Shown here piece by piece: positions 41,276 to 53,715 of a DNA stretch of 64,000 bases. The translations under genes were made by a program, and so were the position numbers. Origin of the DNA: Anaeromyxobacteraceae bacterium (GTDB taxonomy: Bacteria; Myxococcota; Myxococcia; Myxococcales; Anaeromyxobacteraceae); NCBI GenBank assembly GCA_032654565.1, contig JAULAX010000007.1, forward strand, positions 64,001 to 128,000. Direction: 5' to 3'. Under the pieces are notes generated by a model. The model worked only from the letters and a program-made list of their open reading frames with translations, had not been told where the DNA came from and did not search any database. How positions within the stretch are numbered: the first letter of the stretch is position 1; the number at the start of each line of letters is the position of its first letter.

Positions 41276-42238
41276 ATGACCAGACCGACCCAGCTCCACG
41301 TCGTCTTCGGCGCCGGCCAGGTCGGGCCGCCGCTGGCCCGCCAGCTGGTCGCCGCCGGCCACCGGGTCCGGCTGGTGCGCCGCTCCCCCGCCCCGGTCAC
41401 CATCCCCGGCGTCGAGGCGGTCCGGGCCGACGCCAGCGATCCGGCCGCGGCGGCCGAGGCGGCGCGCGGCGCCACCGCCGTCTACCACTGCATGAACGTG
41501 GCCTACTCCACGGCGCGCTGGACGGCCGAGCTGCCCCCCATCCTCGAGAGCCTGATCGCCGCCGCCGGCCGCGCCCAGGCGCGCCTGGTGGTGCTCGACA
41601 ACCTCTACGCCCTCGGCAAGCCGGGCGGCCGCGTCCTCACCGAGGAGACCCCCTTCAACCCCTGCTCCAGGAAGGGGGAGCTCCGGGCCAGGCTCCACCA
41701 GCAGCTGGAGGCGGCGGTGCGGCGCGGCGACGTCCAGGCGGTCACCGGCCGGGCCGCCGACTTCTATGGCCCCGGCGGCGTCCAGACCCTCTTCGCCGAC
41801 CGCTTCTGGCCGGCGGCGCTGGCCGGCAAGCCGGCGGCCATGATCGTGCCGCTCGACACGCCGCACACCTACCACTTCCTCCCCGACGTGGCGGCCGGGC
41901 TGGCGAAGCTGGGGCAGGATCCGGCGGCCACCGGCACCTTCATGCTCCCCTGCCAGCCGGCCGAGTCGACGCAGGCGCTGGTGGGCCGCCTGGCCGCCGC
42001 GCTGGGGCGCCCCATCACCGCGACCCGGATGTCGCCGCTGCTGCTGCGCGGGCTCGGCCTCTTCATGCCCATCCTCCGCGAGCTGGCCGAGATGGCCTAC
42101 CAGTGGGACGAGCGGTTCGAGGTGGACGACGCCCGGTTCCGGGCCCGCTACGGCAACCTGGCCGCGCCGCGCGACGAGGCGGCCCGGCAGACGGTGGCCT
42201 GGGGGCGCGCGGCCTTCGGCGGCGCCGCCGGGCGCTAG
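41276..42238 (+). CDS. NAD-dependent epimerase/dehydratase (atypical SDR)
   Basis: VVFGAGQVG, DNLYA, RAADFYGP, EMAYQW. Confidence 0.85.
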   Translation: MTRPTQLHVVFGAGQVGPPLARQLVAAGHRVRLVRRSPAPVTIPGVEAVRADASDPAAAAEAARGATAVYHCMNVAYSTARWTAELPPILESLIAAAGRAQARLVVLDNLYALGKPGGRVLTEETPFNPCSRKGELRARLHQQLEAAVRRGDVQAVTGRAADFYGPGGVQTLFADRFWPAALAGKPAAMIVPLDTPHTYHFLPDVAAGLAKLGQDPAATGTFMLPCQPAESTQALVGRLAAALGRPITATRMSPLLLRGLGLFMPILRELAEMAYQWDERFEVDDARFRARYGNLAAPRDEAARQTVAWGRAAFGGAAGR

Positions 42239-43179
42239 CGTCCCGGGGCCGCCACCAGCGCCAGCCCCTCGTAGAGCAGGTGCGCCGCCAGGTGGCTGGT
42301 GAGGTCGGCGTGGTCGAGCGGCGGGCAGACCTCGACCAGATCCATGCCCACCAGCCTCACCCCGAACAGGCCGCGCACCAGGGCCAGCGCCTCGCGCGAG
42401 GTGAGCCCGCCGGGGACCGGCGTGCCGGTGCCCGGGGCGAAGGCCGGGTCGACGGCGTCGACGTCGAAGGAGAGGTAGACCGGCCGGTCGCCGACGGCGT
42501 GGCGGATGCCGGCGGCCACCGCCCCGGCCCCCAGCGCGGCCACCTCGTCGGCGCTGGTGATCCGGGCCCCGTGCTCGGCCCCGACCAGCCCGTCGTCGGC
42601 GCCGCCCCAGGGACCGCGCAGCCCCACCTGGTGGAGGTGGCCGGGGAGGATCAGCCCTTCCTCGATGGCGTGGCGGAAGGGGGTGCCGTGGTGGAAGGGC
42701 TCGCCCCAGGTGGCCGGGCCGCTGGTGTCGAGGTGGGCGTCGACGTGGACCACCGCCACCGGCCCGTGGACCCTGGCGGCCGCCCGCAGCGCCGGCAGGG
42801 CGATGGAGTGGTCGCCGCCGACCAGGAACGGCGCCGCCCCGGCCCGGTGGACCGCCAGCGCGTCGGCCTCGATCCGCTCGCGCACCGCGGCGGCGGCGAA
42901 GGGCGGGAAGAGCAGGTTGCCGCCGTCCACCGCGCCGGTCCGGTCGAAGACCTCGAGCCGGTGGACCGGGTGCCAGCCCTGCACGAAGGCGCTGACCCGC
43001 CGGACGTGGAAGGGGGCGAAGCGGGCCCCGGGCATGGCGGTGGTGCCGCCGTCGTAGGGGACGCCGAGCAGGACGGCGCGGGTCCCGGCCGGGAGCGGGT
43101 CGGGCCGCACCGCCAGCGGCAGCCGGAAGAACGGGGTCTGGCCGTGGGAGAGGTACTCCTGCGCCGACTGCTGGCTCAT
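42235..43179 (-). CDS. speB: Agmatinase-family ureohydrolase
   Basis: GVPYD, GARFAP, GGDHS, DAHLD, HGTPF, SFDVDAVDPAFAPGTGTP. Confidence 0.85.
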   Translation of the reverse strand: MSQQSAQEYLSHGQTPFFRLPLAVRPDPLPAGTRAVLLGVPYDGGTTAMPGARFAPFHVRRVSAFVQGWHPVHRLEVFDRTGAVDGGNLLFPPFAAAAVRERIEADALAVHRAGAAPFLVGGDHSIALPALRAAARVHGPVAVVHVDAHLDTSGPATWGEPFHHGTPFRHAIEEGLILPGHLHQVGLRGPWGGADDGLVGAEHGARITSADEVAALGAGAVAAGIRHAVGDRPVYLSFDVDAVDPAFAPGTGTPVPGGLTSREALALVRGLFGVRLVGMDLVEVCPPLDHADLTSHLAAHLLYEGLALVAAPGR

Positions 43180-43186
43180 GGCGCGC

Positions 43187-43942
43187 TCACCCGGCCTCCA
43201 GCAGGGCCAGCACCCGCTCGCGGACGGCGGCGGCGAGCGCCCCGGCGTCGGCGTGCTCGTTGGCCGCCACCGGCTCGCCGAAGCGGAGCCGGACCCGCGA
43301 GGCGCCGCGCGCCGCCAGCCGCAGGTAGTGGGGCATGAAGGTGGCGTCGCCGGTCCAGGCCAGGTCGGCGGGGGCGTAGCGCAGCGCCACCGGCACCACC
43401 GGGACGCCCAGCAGCAGCGCCACGCCGAAGAGCCCCTTGTGGAAGCGCAGCACGCCGGCGCCGTCGGTGGTGGTCCCCTCGGGGAAGTTGAGCAGCGAGA
43501 CCTGGCTGCGCAGCGCCTGCTCGGCCTCGCGCAGCACCCGCAGCCCCGAGCCGGGGCGCCCGCGGTCGTGGAAGATGACGCCGAGCCGGCCGGCCAGCGG
43601 CCCGACCACCGGCCAGCCCCGGACGTCGAGCTTGGAGATGGGCGCGCAGGGGGCGTGGGCCGCCACCACGATGGGGTCGAGCCAGCTGACGTGGTTGCAG
43701 GCCAGCAGCGCCGGGCCGATGGGTGGCAGGCCGTCCACCGCCACCTCGATGCCGTGGGTGCGGAGCACGGCGCGGCAGCCGTCGCGCAGGGCCCGGGCCT
43801 GCTCCCGAGGCCGGCCACCGCTGCGTCGGATCCCTCCGGCCCGGACCGCGACCACGGCGGCGGTGGCGCCAGTGAGGGCCAGCCGGGTCCCGGCCCGGAG
43901 CACCCCGGCGCCGCCGCTGGCGACGCCGTCCAGGGTGGCCAT
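43187..43942 (-). CDS. PlsC-family lysophospholipid acyltransferase
   Basis: NHVSWLD (HxxxxD), FPEGT, PVVPVAL. Confidence 0.88.
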   Translation of the reverse strand: MATLDGVASGGAGVLRAGTRLALTGATAAVVAVRAGGIRRSGGRPREQARALRDGCRAVLRTHGIEVAVDGLPPIGPALLACNHVSWLDPIVVAAHAPCAPISKLDVRGWPVVGPLAGRLGVIFHDRGRPGSGLRVLREAEQALRSQVSLLNFPEGTTTDGAGVLRFHKGLFGVALLLGVPVVPVALRYAPADLAWTGDATFMPHYLRLAARGASRVRLRFGEPVAANEHADAGALAAAVRERVLALLEAG

Positions 43943-44466
43943 CAGGCGACCTCCTGCAGCGACTCGCGGTCGACCAGGCCGAGCCGCTCCATCCGGCCGC
44001 GCAGGGCCTCGAAGCCGGACCGGTCGATGCGCGAGACCAGCCGCCGGTCGCCGGGGCCGTAGAAGTCGTCGCGGAAGCCGAGCTCGGTGGCGCCCAGCGC
44101 CTTGTGCAGCGAGCGGGCGGCCAGGTTCTCCTCCTTGACCGTGAACCAGCAGCTCTCCACCCGGCTGGAGAGCCCGCCGATGAGCGCCCGCAGCAGCTGG
44201 ACCGCCACCCGGGAGCCCTGCCGCCCCGGCGCCACCGCCAGCGTGGTGCAGTAGGCCTCGTCCCCCTTCACGAAGCAGAGCACGTACCCGACGATGCGGC
44301 CGTCCTCGACCGCGGCGAAGCAGGTCTCGGTGAAGAACTCGCAGCAGAGCCGGACGTAGTAGGCGCCCAGCACCCCCTCGCCGGCGGCGCCGAAGACCTC
44401 CTCCTCCAGCCGCATCAGCTCGGTGAAGTCGCCGTTCCGCAGTGGCCTGATCTCGCGTCGCGCCAT
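43942..44466 (-). CDS. GNAT family N-acyltransferase
   Basis: [46 protein letters not shown]. Confidence 0.85.
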   Translation of the reverse strand: MARREIRPLRNGDFTELMRLEEEVFGAAGEGVLGAYYVRLCCEFFTETCFAAVEDGRIVGYVLCFVKGDEAYCTTLAVAPGRQGSRVAVQLLRALIGGLSSRVESCWFTVKEENLAARSLHKALGATELGFRDDFYGPGDRRLVSRIDRSGFEALRGRMERLGLVDRESLQEVA

Positions 44467-44659
44467 CTGGTTCCTCCTCGGGTGCCCGCGTGGTGCCGTG
44501 CCTCCGCCACCGGGACCTGCGCAGGGTGCCGGGGCCGGGTGGCGCTTCGGTCGCGGTCCTGCGACGGACCGGAAACGGCGGAATCGTTCACGCGGCCGCC
44601 ATCCCCCGGCCCTGCTCCCGTCACCGGGCCGGGGTGGAATGCCCCCCAAGGGAGACCAC

Positions 44660-45442
44660 GTGACTCGAACCCTCGCCCACCTGTCGGACCTGCACCTGGG
44701 ACGGAGCGACGCCGACACCGCCGGGCTGCGGCGGGCGGTGCGGGCGCTCGTCGAGGCCGGCGTGGACCACGTGGTGGTGACCGGTGACCTCACCGACGGT
44801 GGCACCTTCGACCAGCTGGCCACCTTCCGGCGGCTCACCGCCCCGCTGGACGGCCGCCTCACCGTGGTGCCGGGGAACCACGACCGGCTCGGCGAGGACG
44901 CCGCCCGCTTGATGATGCGCGGCCGGGTGGCCACCGAGCAGCGCGACGGCCTCTTGCTGGTCCGGGTCGACTCCACCGCGCCGCACAACCGCCGCTGGCT
45001 CGACGCCTACGGCCAGCTCACCTCCAGCGACCTCGACGACATCGAAGCCGCGCTCGACCGTGCCCCGGCCCGCGTGCTCGTGGCGGTGCTCCTCCATCAC
45101 CACGTGCACCGGCTGCCGGGGGACGACCTCTGGGAGAGCCTGTCGGCCATGGTCGGCCTCCCCTTCACCGAGGAGCTGCGCCACGGCCCGGCCCTGCTGC
45201 GCCGGCTCCACGGCCGCTGCGACCTGGTGCTCCACGGCCACCGCCACGTTCCGGCCGAGCTGGTGCTGGGGCGTGAGTCGGACCGCCCGCTGCGGGTGGT
45301 CAACGCCGGCAGCAGCACCGGCCTGGGGCGCAGCCGGGTCTTCTCGCACCGGGACGGCCTGCTCACCGGCGAGGGCTGGCTGGTCCACGGCGCGGCGCAC
45401 CCGGTCGAGGCGCGTGGCCCCGACCTGGTGGCCGCGGCGTAG
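44660..45442 (+). CDS. Calcineurin-like metallophosphoesterase
   Basis: SDLH, TGDLTD, GNHD, HHH, HGHRH. Confidence 0.88.
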   Translation: MTRTLAHLSDLHLGRSDADTAGLRRAVRALVEAGVDHVVVTGDLTDGGTFDQLATFRRLTAPLDGRLTVVPGNHDRLGEDAARLMMRGRVATEQRDGLLLVRVDSTAPHNRRWLDAYGQLTSSDLDDIEAALDRAPARVLVAVLLHHHVHRLPGDDLWESLSAMVGLPFTEELRHGPALLRRLHGRCDLVLHGHRHVPAELVLGRESDRPLRVVNAGSSTGLGRSRVFSHRDGLLTGEGWLVHGAAHPVEARGPDLVAAA

Positions 45443-45446
45443 CCCC

Positions 45447-46388
45447 CTACCGCCCCAGCTGCTCCACCAGGCGCGCCGCCACCCGGGCGGTGCGGCCGTC
45501 GACGTCGAGGCGCGGGTTGAGCTCCGCCACCTCGCCCAGCGCCAGCTTGCCGCTGGCCACCACGGTGTCCACCAGCGCCTCGACCACCTCCTGCGCCACG
45601 CCGCGCGGCGCCGGCGCCGAGACCCCGGGGGCCAGCGCGGCCGGCAGCACGTCGAGGTCGACGGTGAGGTGGACCCGGTCCACGGTGGCCAGGAAGGCGG
45701 CCAGCTCGGCGCTGGCCTCGTCGAGCCGCGACGGGGTCATGGCCCGGTCGCGCCGCCAGCCGGCGCCGAGGCGGCGGGCGGTGTCGAAGAGCGCCTCGGT
45801 GTTGGAGCCCTCGTCGACGCCGAGGCAGAGGTAGCGGAACGGCCAGCCGCGGGCGGCGCACTGCTCGGCGATCTGGCGGAAGGGGGTGCCGGAGCTGGCG
45901 CGGCCGGCCCGCAGGTCGAGGTGGGCGTCCAGGTTGACCACCCCGACCACCGGGGCCCGGCCGCCGGCGCGGCGCGCCAGGTGCTCGGCGAGCCCGGCGA
46001 AGCTGCCGGCCGCCACCTCGTGGCCGCCGCCCACCACCACCGGCCGGTGGCCGGCGTCGAGCAGCCGGGTCACCGCCAGCGCCAGCTCGGCCTGCCCTTC
46101 CTCGAGCCGGTCTCCCTCCACCACCACGTCGCCGGCGTCCCAGGCCGGGGCGGTGCGGCGCCAGGCCAGGTTGGCGAGGGCGCGGCGGAGCGCCGCCGGA
46201 CCGTCGGCGGCCCCGGGCCGGCCGTGGTTGCGCGCCACCCCGGCGTCGCAGGCGAAGCCGAGCAGCGCCATCCCCGGGGCGGCGCCGTCGAGCAGCGGGC
46301 GGACGGCCTGGTGCCAGCGGAGCGCCCGCGGCCCCTCCTCGAGATCGGCGCGGCCGGTCCAGGCGGCCGGGTCAGCGGTTCGGTGCAT
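45447..46388 (-). CDS. hutG: Formimidoylglutamase
   Basis: WTGRAD, GVARNHGRPGAADGP, GGGHE, NLDAHLDLR, SSGTPF, DLDVL. Confidence 0.9.
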   Translation of the reverse strand: MHRTADPAAWTGRADLEEGPRALRWHQAVRPLLDGAAPGMALLGFACDAGVARNHGRPGAADGPAALRRALANLAWRRTAPAWDAGDVVVEGDRLEEGQAELALAVTRLLDAGHRPVVVGGGHEVAAGSFAGLAEHLARRAGGRAPVVGVVNLDAHLDLRAGRASSGTPFRQIAEQCAARGWPFRYLCLGVDEGSNTEALFDTARRLGAGWRRDRAMTPSRLDEASAELAAFLATVDRVHLTVDLDVLPAALAPGVSAPAPRGVAQEVVEALVDTVVASGKLALGEVAELNPRLDVDGRTARVAARLVEQLGR

Positions 46389-47603
46389 GGTCGGGTCTCC
46401 CGGCGACGAAGCGGTTGGCCAGCGAGGATGGCCCCAGCCGGGCGGCCAGCTCGGCCGGGTGGTCGGCGTTCCAGAGGGCCAGGTCGGCGCGCAGCCCGAC
46501 CACCAGCGCGCCCCGGTCGGCCAGGCCGAGGGCCCGGGCGGCGTGGCGGGTGGCGCCGGCCAGCGCCTCGGCCGGGGTCAGGCCGAAGAGCGTGCAGCCG
46601 AGGTTCATGGCGGTGGTGAGCGAGGCCAGCGGCGAGGTGCCGGGGTTGCAGTCGGTGGCCACCGCCATGGGGACGCCGGCGGCGCGCAGCGCGGCCACCG
46701 GCGGGGGATGGGTCTCGCGCAGGTGGAGGAAGGCGCCAGGCAGCAGCACCGCCACCGTCGGCGAGGCGGCCAGCGCCCGCACCCCGTCGGCGGAGAGGCG
46801 CTCCAGGTGATCGGCGGAGAGGGCCCGGTGGCGGGCCGCCAGCGCCGCCCCCCCGGAGTCGGAGCGCTGCTCGGCGTGCAGCTTCACCGGGAGGCCGTGC
46901 CGCGCCGCCGCCACGAAGAGCCGCTCCACCTGGGCCGGCGTGAAGGCGAAGGGCTCGCAGTAGGCGTCGACGGCGTCGGCCAGCCCGGCCGCCGCCACCG
47001 CCGGCAGCAGCTCGGCGATGACCAGGTCGAGCCAGGCCTCGGGGCGCCCGGCCAGCTCGGGCGGCACGGCGTGGGCGCCGAGGAAGGTGGCGCGGACCGT
47101 GACCGGCAGCAGCTCGCCGAGCCGGCGGGCCACCCGCAGCTGCTTCAGCTCGGTGTCGAGGTCGAGCCCGTAGCCGCTCTTCACCTCCACGGTGGTGACG
47201 CCGTCGCGCAGCAGGGCCTCCAGGCGCGGCCGGCTCTGCCGCAGCAGCGTGGCCTCGTCGGCGGCGCGGGTGGCGGCCACCGTGGCGAGGATGCCGCCCC
47301 CGGCCCGGGCCAGCGCCTCGTAGCTGGCCCCCTGCAGCCGCCGCTCGAACTCGGCGGCGCGGTGGCCGGCGTGGACCAGGTGGGTGTGGCTGTCGATGAG
47401 GCCGGGGGTGAGGAGGCGCCCCTCGGCGTCGAGCTCGACCGCCGCGGTGGCGCCGGCCGGCAGCGCCGCCTCCGGGCCGACGAAGGCGATGCGGCCGTCG
47501 CGGACCGCCAGCGCCCCGGGCGTCGCCTCGCCGGGGGGCGCGCCGGGGGCCTGCGTGGCCAGCCGCGCCGAGCGGATCAGCAGGTCCCAGGCGGCGGGCC
47601 GGT

Positions 47604-47607
<4 letters not shown>
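46372..47607 (-). CDS. hutI: Imidazolonepropionase
   Basis: [37 protein letters not shown]. Confidence 0.95.
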
Positions 47608-49280
<1,673 letters not shown>

Positions 49281-49291
49281 GGCCAGCGCGC

Positions 49292-49984
49292 CTAGAGCTG
49301 CCCGGTGAGCCGGTAGCGGCTCCCCGGGTACCAGAGGTTGGCCACCGAGGCGGCGCGGCCGCGCGAGAAGGTGCAGCGGTGCAGCAGCAGGCAGGGCTCG
49401 CCGGCCGGGAGCTCCAGGGCCTCGCCGGTGGTGTCGTCGGGGATGCGCGCCTCGATCCGGTAGTCGACGCGGGCCAGCGGCGCCACCCGCATCAGGTACT
49501 CGCTGGGCGTGATGCGGGAGAAGTCCTGCTCCAGGTAGGCGGGGGCGGCGCCCGGGACCACCCAGCGCTCCTCCAGCTGCACCGGCACCCCGTCGGCCCT
49601 GTGCAGCAGCACCGAGAGGTAGAGCGGCTCGCCCTCGGGCAACCCCAGCTCGGCGGCCAGCGGCTTGTCGGCGTGGACCACGGCGTGGGTCCGCACCTCG
49701 GTGGTGTGCACCCCGCCCCGCCAGCGGATCTCGTCGGAGATGGAGCGGATCTCCACCAGCGTCGCCTCGTGGCGCGGCGGGGCCACGAAGGTGCCGCTCC
49801 CCGGGGTGCGGACCAGCAGGTGGGCGGCGGTCAGCTCGCGCACCGCCCGGTTGACGGTCATGCGCGCCACCTTGAAGCGGCGGGCCAGCTCCGGCTCGGA
49901 GGGGATGCGGTCGCCCTCGCGCCACTCGCCGGCCTCGATGCGCTCGTGCAGCCAGGCCTTGATGCGCTGGTAGGCGGGGATCAT
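49292..49984 (-). CDS. hutC: Histidine utilization repressor (GntR/UTRA)
   Basis: [26 protein letters not shown] domain; located within the hut operon. Confidence 0.92.
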   Translation of the reverse strand: MIPAYQRIKAWLHERIEAGEWREGDRIPSEPELARRFKVARMTVNRAVRELTAAHLLVRTPGSGTFVAPPRHEATLVEIRSISDEIRWRGGVHTTEVRTHAVVHADKPLAAELGLPEGEPLYLSVLLHRADGVPVQLEERWVVPGAAPAYLEQDFSRITPSEYLMRVAPLARVDYRIEARIPDDTTGEALELPAGEPCLLLHRCTFSRGRAASVANLWYPGSRYRLTGQL

Positions 49985-51507
49985 GGGGTCTCCAGGGAGG
50001 CCAGCGCCAGCGGCGCGTGGGCGGCCACCGCCGCCGCCTGCACCAGCCCCTGGATGGCGGCGATGTCCGGCGCGAAGTAGTGGTCGAGGTCGTAGTGGGC
50101 CACCCGGCCGCGGATCAGCCGCAGCACCTCGCGCAGCCGCGGGCTGGTGACGCTGGGGGCGCGCAGCTCCACCCCCTGGGCCGCGGCCAGCAGCTCGATG
50201 GCCAGGATGGCGGCGGTGTTCTCGGCCATGTCGCCCAGCTTGCGGGCCGCGAAGGTGGCCATGGAGACGTGGTCCTCCTGGTTGGCCGAGGTGGGGAGCG
50301 AGTCGACCGAGGCGGGGTGGGCCAGCAGCTTGTTCTCCGAGGCCAGCGCCGCGGCGGTGACGTGGGCGATCATGAAGCCGGAGTTGACGCCCCCGTCGCG
50401 GACCAGGAAGGGGGGCAGGCCGGAGAGGGTGGCGTCGATGAGCAGGGCGATGCGCCGCTCCGCCAGCGCCCCGATCTCGGCCACCGCCAGCGCCAGGTTG
50501 TCGGCGGCGAAGGCCACCGGCTCGGCGTGGAAGTTGCCGCCGGAGAGCACCTCCAGGGTGTCGGGGAAGACCAGCGGGTTGTCGGTGACGCCGTTGGCCT
50601 CGCGCAGCAGCACCCCGGCCGAGTGGCGGGCCTGGTCGAGGCAGGCCCCCATCACCTGCGGCTGGCAGCGCAGGCTGTAGGGGTCCTGCACCTTGCCGCA
50701 GTCGCGGTGGCTGACGTTGATCTCCGAGCCCTCCAGCAGCGCCCGGTAGCTGGCGGCCACCTCGATCTGCCCGGGCTGGCCGCGCAGGGCGTGGATGCGG
50801 GCGTCGAAGGGGTGGACCGAGCCGGCGGCGGCGTCCACCGAGAGCGCCCCCGAGACCAGCGCCGTCCGCAGCAGGTCCTCGATGTCGAAGAGGTGGAGCA
50901 GGGCCAGCGCCGTGGAGGCCTGGGTGCCGTTGAGCAGCGCCAGCCCCTCCTTGGCCGCCAGGGTGAGCGGCGCCAGGCCGGCCCGCCGCAGCCCCTCCAC
51001 CGCCGGCAGCCGCTCCTCGCCCACGGTGACCTCGCCGATGCCGAGCAGCACCACCGCCAGGTGGGCCAGCGGCGCGAGATCCCCCGAGGCGCCCACCGAC
51101 CCCTTCTCCGGGATCACCGGCAGCACCCCGGCGGCCAGCAGCTTGAGCAGCGCCTCGATCACCACCCGCCGCACGCCGGAGTGGCCGCGCGCCAGGCTGG
51201 CCACCTTGAGGGCGATGATCAGCCGCACCACCGGCGCCGCGAACGGCTTGCCCACGCCGACGGCGTGGGAGAGCACCAGGTTGCGCTGCAGCAGCTCGAG
51301 CTGGTCGTCGGGGATGTGCGTCGAGGCCAGGCGGCCGAAGCCGGTGTTGATCCCGTAGGCCGGCTGGCCGCGCCGGACGATGGCCTGGACCGCCGCCGCC
51401 CCCGCCTCGACCACCGGCCAGGCCGCGGCCTCGAGCTCGATCGGCTGCGGGGCGCGGGCGATGGCGCGGAGCTGTGCGAGGGTGAGCCGGCCGGGGGACA
51501 GGATCAT
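49981..51507 (-). CDS. hutH: Histidine ammonia-lyase
   Basis: [20 protein letters not shown] (MIO), [19 protein letters not shown]. Confidence 0.97.
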   Translation of the reverse strand: MILSPGRLTLAQLRAIARAPQPIELEAAAWPVVEAGAAAVQAIVRRGQPAYGINTGFGRLASTHIPDDQLELLQRNLVLSHAVGVGKPFAAPVVRLIIALKVASLARGHSGVRRVVIEALLKLLAAGVLPVIPEKGSVGASGDLAPLAHLAVVLLGIGEVTVGEERLPAVEGLRRAGLAPLTLAAKEGLALLNGTQASTALALLHLFDIEDLLRTALVSGALSVDAAAGSVHPFDARIHALRGQPGQIEVAASYRALLEGSEINVSHRDCGKVQDPYSLRCQPQVMGACLDQARHSAGVLLREANGVTDNPLVFPDTLEVLSGGNFHAEPVAFAADNLALAVAEIGALAERRIALLIDATLSGLPPFLVRDGGVNSGFMIAHVTAAALASENKLLAHPASVDSLPTSANQEDHVSMATFAARKLGDMAENTAAILAIELLAAAQGVELRAPSVTSPRLREVLRLIRGRVAHYDLDHYFAPDIAAIQGLVQAAAVAAHAPLALASLETP

Positions 51508-51533
51508 GCCGACAAGGGTAGATCCCCCGGATC

Positions 51534-51543
51534 TGTCTAGACA
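51534..51543. promoter_or_regulatory. Candidate HutC operator
   Basis: Palindrome TGTCTAGACA ~27 bp upstream of hutH; resembles HutC-type TGT-N4-ACA boxes. Confidence 0.7.
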
Positions 51544-51608
51544 AGGCCCCCCGTCGAATCAGGGCGCCGCTCGCCTGGCCCGGCCCGTCGCGGGTGGCGC
51601 TCTCAGGC

Positions 51609-52208
51609 TCAGGCCCGGGCGCCGCCGCCCGCCACCATGAAGCCGCCCGGCTCGAGGCCGAGCCGGCGCACCGCCTGCTCCCAGCGCTCGCCGTGCGGCA
51701 CCTCGAAGACCAGGTCCTCGTGGAGCGGCAGCGGGAGCCAGGCCCCCTCGGTCACCTCGTGCTCCACCTGCATGGGCGCCCAGCCGGCGTAGCCGAGCAT
51801 GAGCAGGAAGGGGCCGCCGCCCGGGGCCCGGACCAGCGCCTCGAGCAGCTCGCGCGAGCCGCCCAGCGCCAGGCCGTGGCCGATGCGGGGGGCGTCCTCC
51901 TCGGCGGGCACCTCGCCGGGCCGGTAGAGGATCCAGAGCCGGTCGGGCTGCACCGGGCCGCCCACCATCACCTGGCCGCCGGCCCGCCCGTGGCGGACGG
52001 CGTCGCTGGCCAGCGCCGGATCGAGCCCGCGCAGCACCTCCTCGACGGCGATGGGTCCGGGGCGGTTGACCACGAAGCCGAGCGCCCCCTCGGCGTGGTG
52101 CTCGGCCATCAGCACCAGCGAGCCGTCGAAGTTGGGGTCGCCCAGCGTCGGCGAGGCGACGAGGAGTCCGGGGGCGAGGCCGGCGGGGAGCGGGGCGGTC
52201 TGGACCAT
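51609..52208 (-). CDS. YqgE/AlgH family protein
   Basis: LLVASPTLGDPNF, GFVVNRP, GGPV, GYAGWAPMQVE. Confidence 0.9.
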   Translation of the reverse strand: MVQTAPLPAGLAPGLLVASPTLGDPNFDGSLVLMAEHHAEGALGFVVNRPGPIAVEEVLRGLDPALASDAVRHGRAGGQVMVGGPVQPDRLWILYRPGEVPAEEDAPRIGHGLALGGSRELLEALVRAPGGGPFLLMLGYAGWAPMQVEHEVTEGAWLPLPLHEDLVFEVPHGERWEQAVRRLGLEPGGFMVAGGGARA

Positions 52209-52338
52209 CGCTCCTATCTTCCCGGGTGCGCGGTGGCGCGCAACCCTCGATGCGGGGGGCCGTGCTAGGAAATCGAGGGTGGCTCACCAGGAGGAGGGTG
52301 CCAGGGGTGGAGCGGCGACGCCGCGGGCGTCGCGGCCC

Positions 52339-52914
52339 ATGACCGGCGAGGCGACCGGGCCGGCGCCGGGCCTCCCCGGCCGCTGGGCGGGGGCGCTGCT
52401 CGGCTTCCCGCCGCCGCACGGCGCGGCGGTGGCGGCGCTGCTGGCCGGCGTGGCCCTGCTGCTCCGCTCCGAGCGGAGCCACGGCTTCCTGGCCGCGGCC
52501 ATCCACGGCTTCGACCTGGTGGTCCACGAGATCGGCCACCCGCTCTTCGGCCTCTTCGGCTGGCGCTTCCTCGCCATCCTCGGCGGCACGCTGCTGCAGC
52601 TGACGCCGCCCCTGGCCGCGGCGGTGGTCTTCTGGCGGCGCGGCCACGCCGCCTCGGTGGCGGTGGCGGTCACCTGGCTGGGCGTGAACCTGGTCAACGT
52701 CGGGCAGTACGCCGCCGACGCCCGGGACCGCGCCCTGCCGCTGGTCAACGCCGACGCCAGCGGCCACGACTGGGGGAACATGCTCGGCGCCCTGGGGCTG
52801 GTCGAGCAGGGGCAGGCCATCGGCGGCGCCATCGGCGCGCTGGGCTGGACGCTGCAGCTGCTCGGGCCGGCCTGGGCGGCGGCGCTCTGGCTGCGCGGGC
52901 GGCTGGAGGGGTGA
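52339..52914 (+). CDS. Membrane protein with HExxH (peptidase M50-like)
   Basis: HEIGH, LGGTLLQL, YAADA, HDW; start uncertain. Confidence 0.6.
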   Translation: MTGEATGPAPGLPGRWAGALLGFPPPHGAAVAALLAGVALLLRSERSHGFLAAAIHGFDLVVHEIGHPLFGLFGWRFLAILGGTLLQLTPPLAAAVVFWRRGHAASVAVAVTWLGVNLVNVGQYAADARDRALPLVNADASGHDWGNMLGALGLVEQGQAIGGAIGALGWTLQLLGPAWAAALWLRGRLEG

Positions 52915-52953
52915 GGCGCGCCGGCCGGGGAGGGGCCCGGCGACGCGCCCGGC

Positions 52954-53694
52954 TCAGGGGCGCGGCTTGAAGTCGGCGAGCCGGATCACCTGGGTGCCGG
53001 CCGCCGAGTCGCCCAGCCGCCGGCCGCCGGCCGCGGCCAGGGTCACGATGGGCTCGACCAGCCAGCCGACGTAGGGGACCAGGTTGAGCAGGAACATCAC
53101 CAGGTAGCGGATGGACGACTGGCCGCGGTCGCAGGGCAGGTTGGACTGCAGGTGGACCACCATCAGCCCCATCATCTTCTTGCCGATGCTCTGGCCGCCG
53201 GGGCGGCCGTCCTTGGTGAAGGAGTAGTAGAGGGCCCAGAGGGTGCCGGCCACCGCCACCAGGGAGAGCACGATGCCCGCGGGCGTGGAGCCGGCGGCGA
53301 AGGCGGCCACCGCGAAGACCCAGAGCATCCCGGCGGCCGCCGCGGCCAGGCCGTCGACCAGCGCGGCGAGGAAGCGGCCGCCGAGCGGGGCCTTGGGGTA
53401 GAGCGCGCCGGCGCCGGCGCCGGTCAGCACGTCGGCGGCGTAGCTGTTGCCGGAGAAGGGCGGGGCGCCGGTGGGCGCCGCCGGGTACGAGGGCGCCTGG
53501 AGCGGCGGCGGCGCGCCCGCGGGCTGCGCCAGCTCCGCCAGCGTCTCCCAGGGGGCCCAGCCGGCCAGCCCGGCCCGCCAGACCCGCGTCCCCGGGCCGA
53601 TCCGCCCGGAGCGGATCAGCTCGAGCAGCGACGCCTGCCCGACCGGCCCGGTCTGCTGGCCCGCCTGGTCGTAGTACCAACCCACCTCGCTCAT
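52954..53694 (-). CDS. GYF_2 (DUF4339) + RDD family protein
   Basis: WYY...GPV...VWRAGLAGW; RFLAALVD, GQSIGKKMMGL, RRLGD. Confidence 0.85.
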   Translation of the reverse strand: MSEVGWYYDQAGQQTGPVGQASLLELIRSGRIGPGTRVWRAGLAGWAPWETLAELAQPAGAPPPLQAPSYPAAPTGAPPFSGNSYAADVLTGAGAGALYPKAPLGGRFLAALVDGLAAAAAGMLWVFAVAAFAAGSTPAGIVLSLVAVAGTLWALYYSFTKDGRPGGQSIGKKMMGLMVVHLQSNLPCDRGQSSIRYLVMFLLNLVPYVGWLVEPIVTLAAAGGRRLGDSAAGTQVIRLADFKPRP

Positions 53695-53715
53695 GGTCCG
53701 CTCCTCGCCTTCGGT

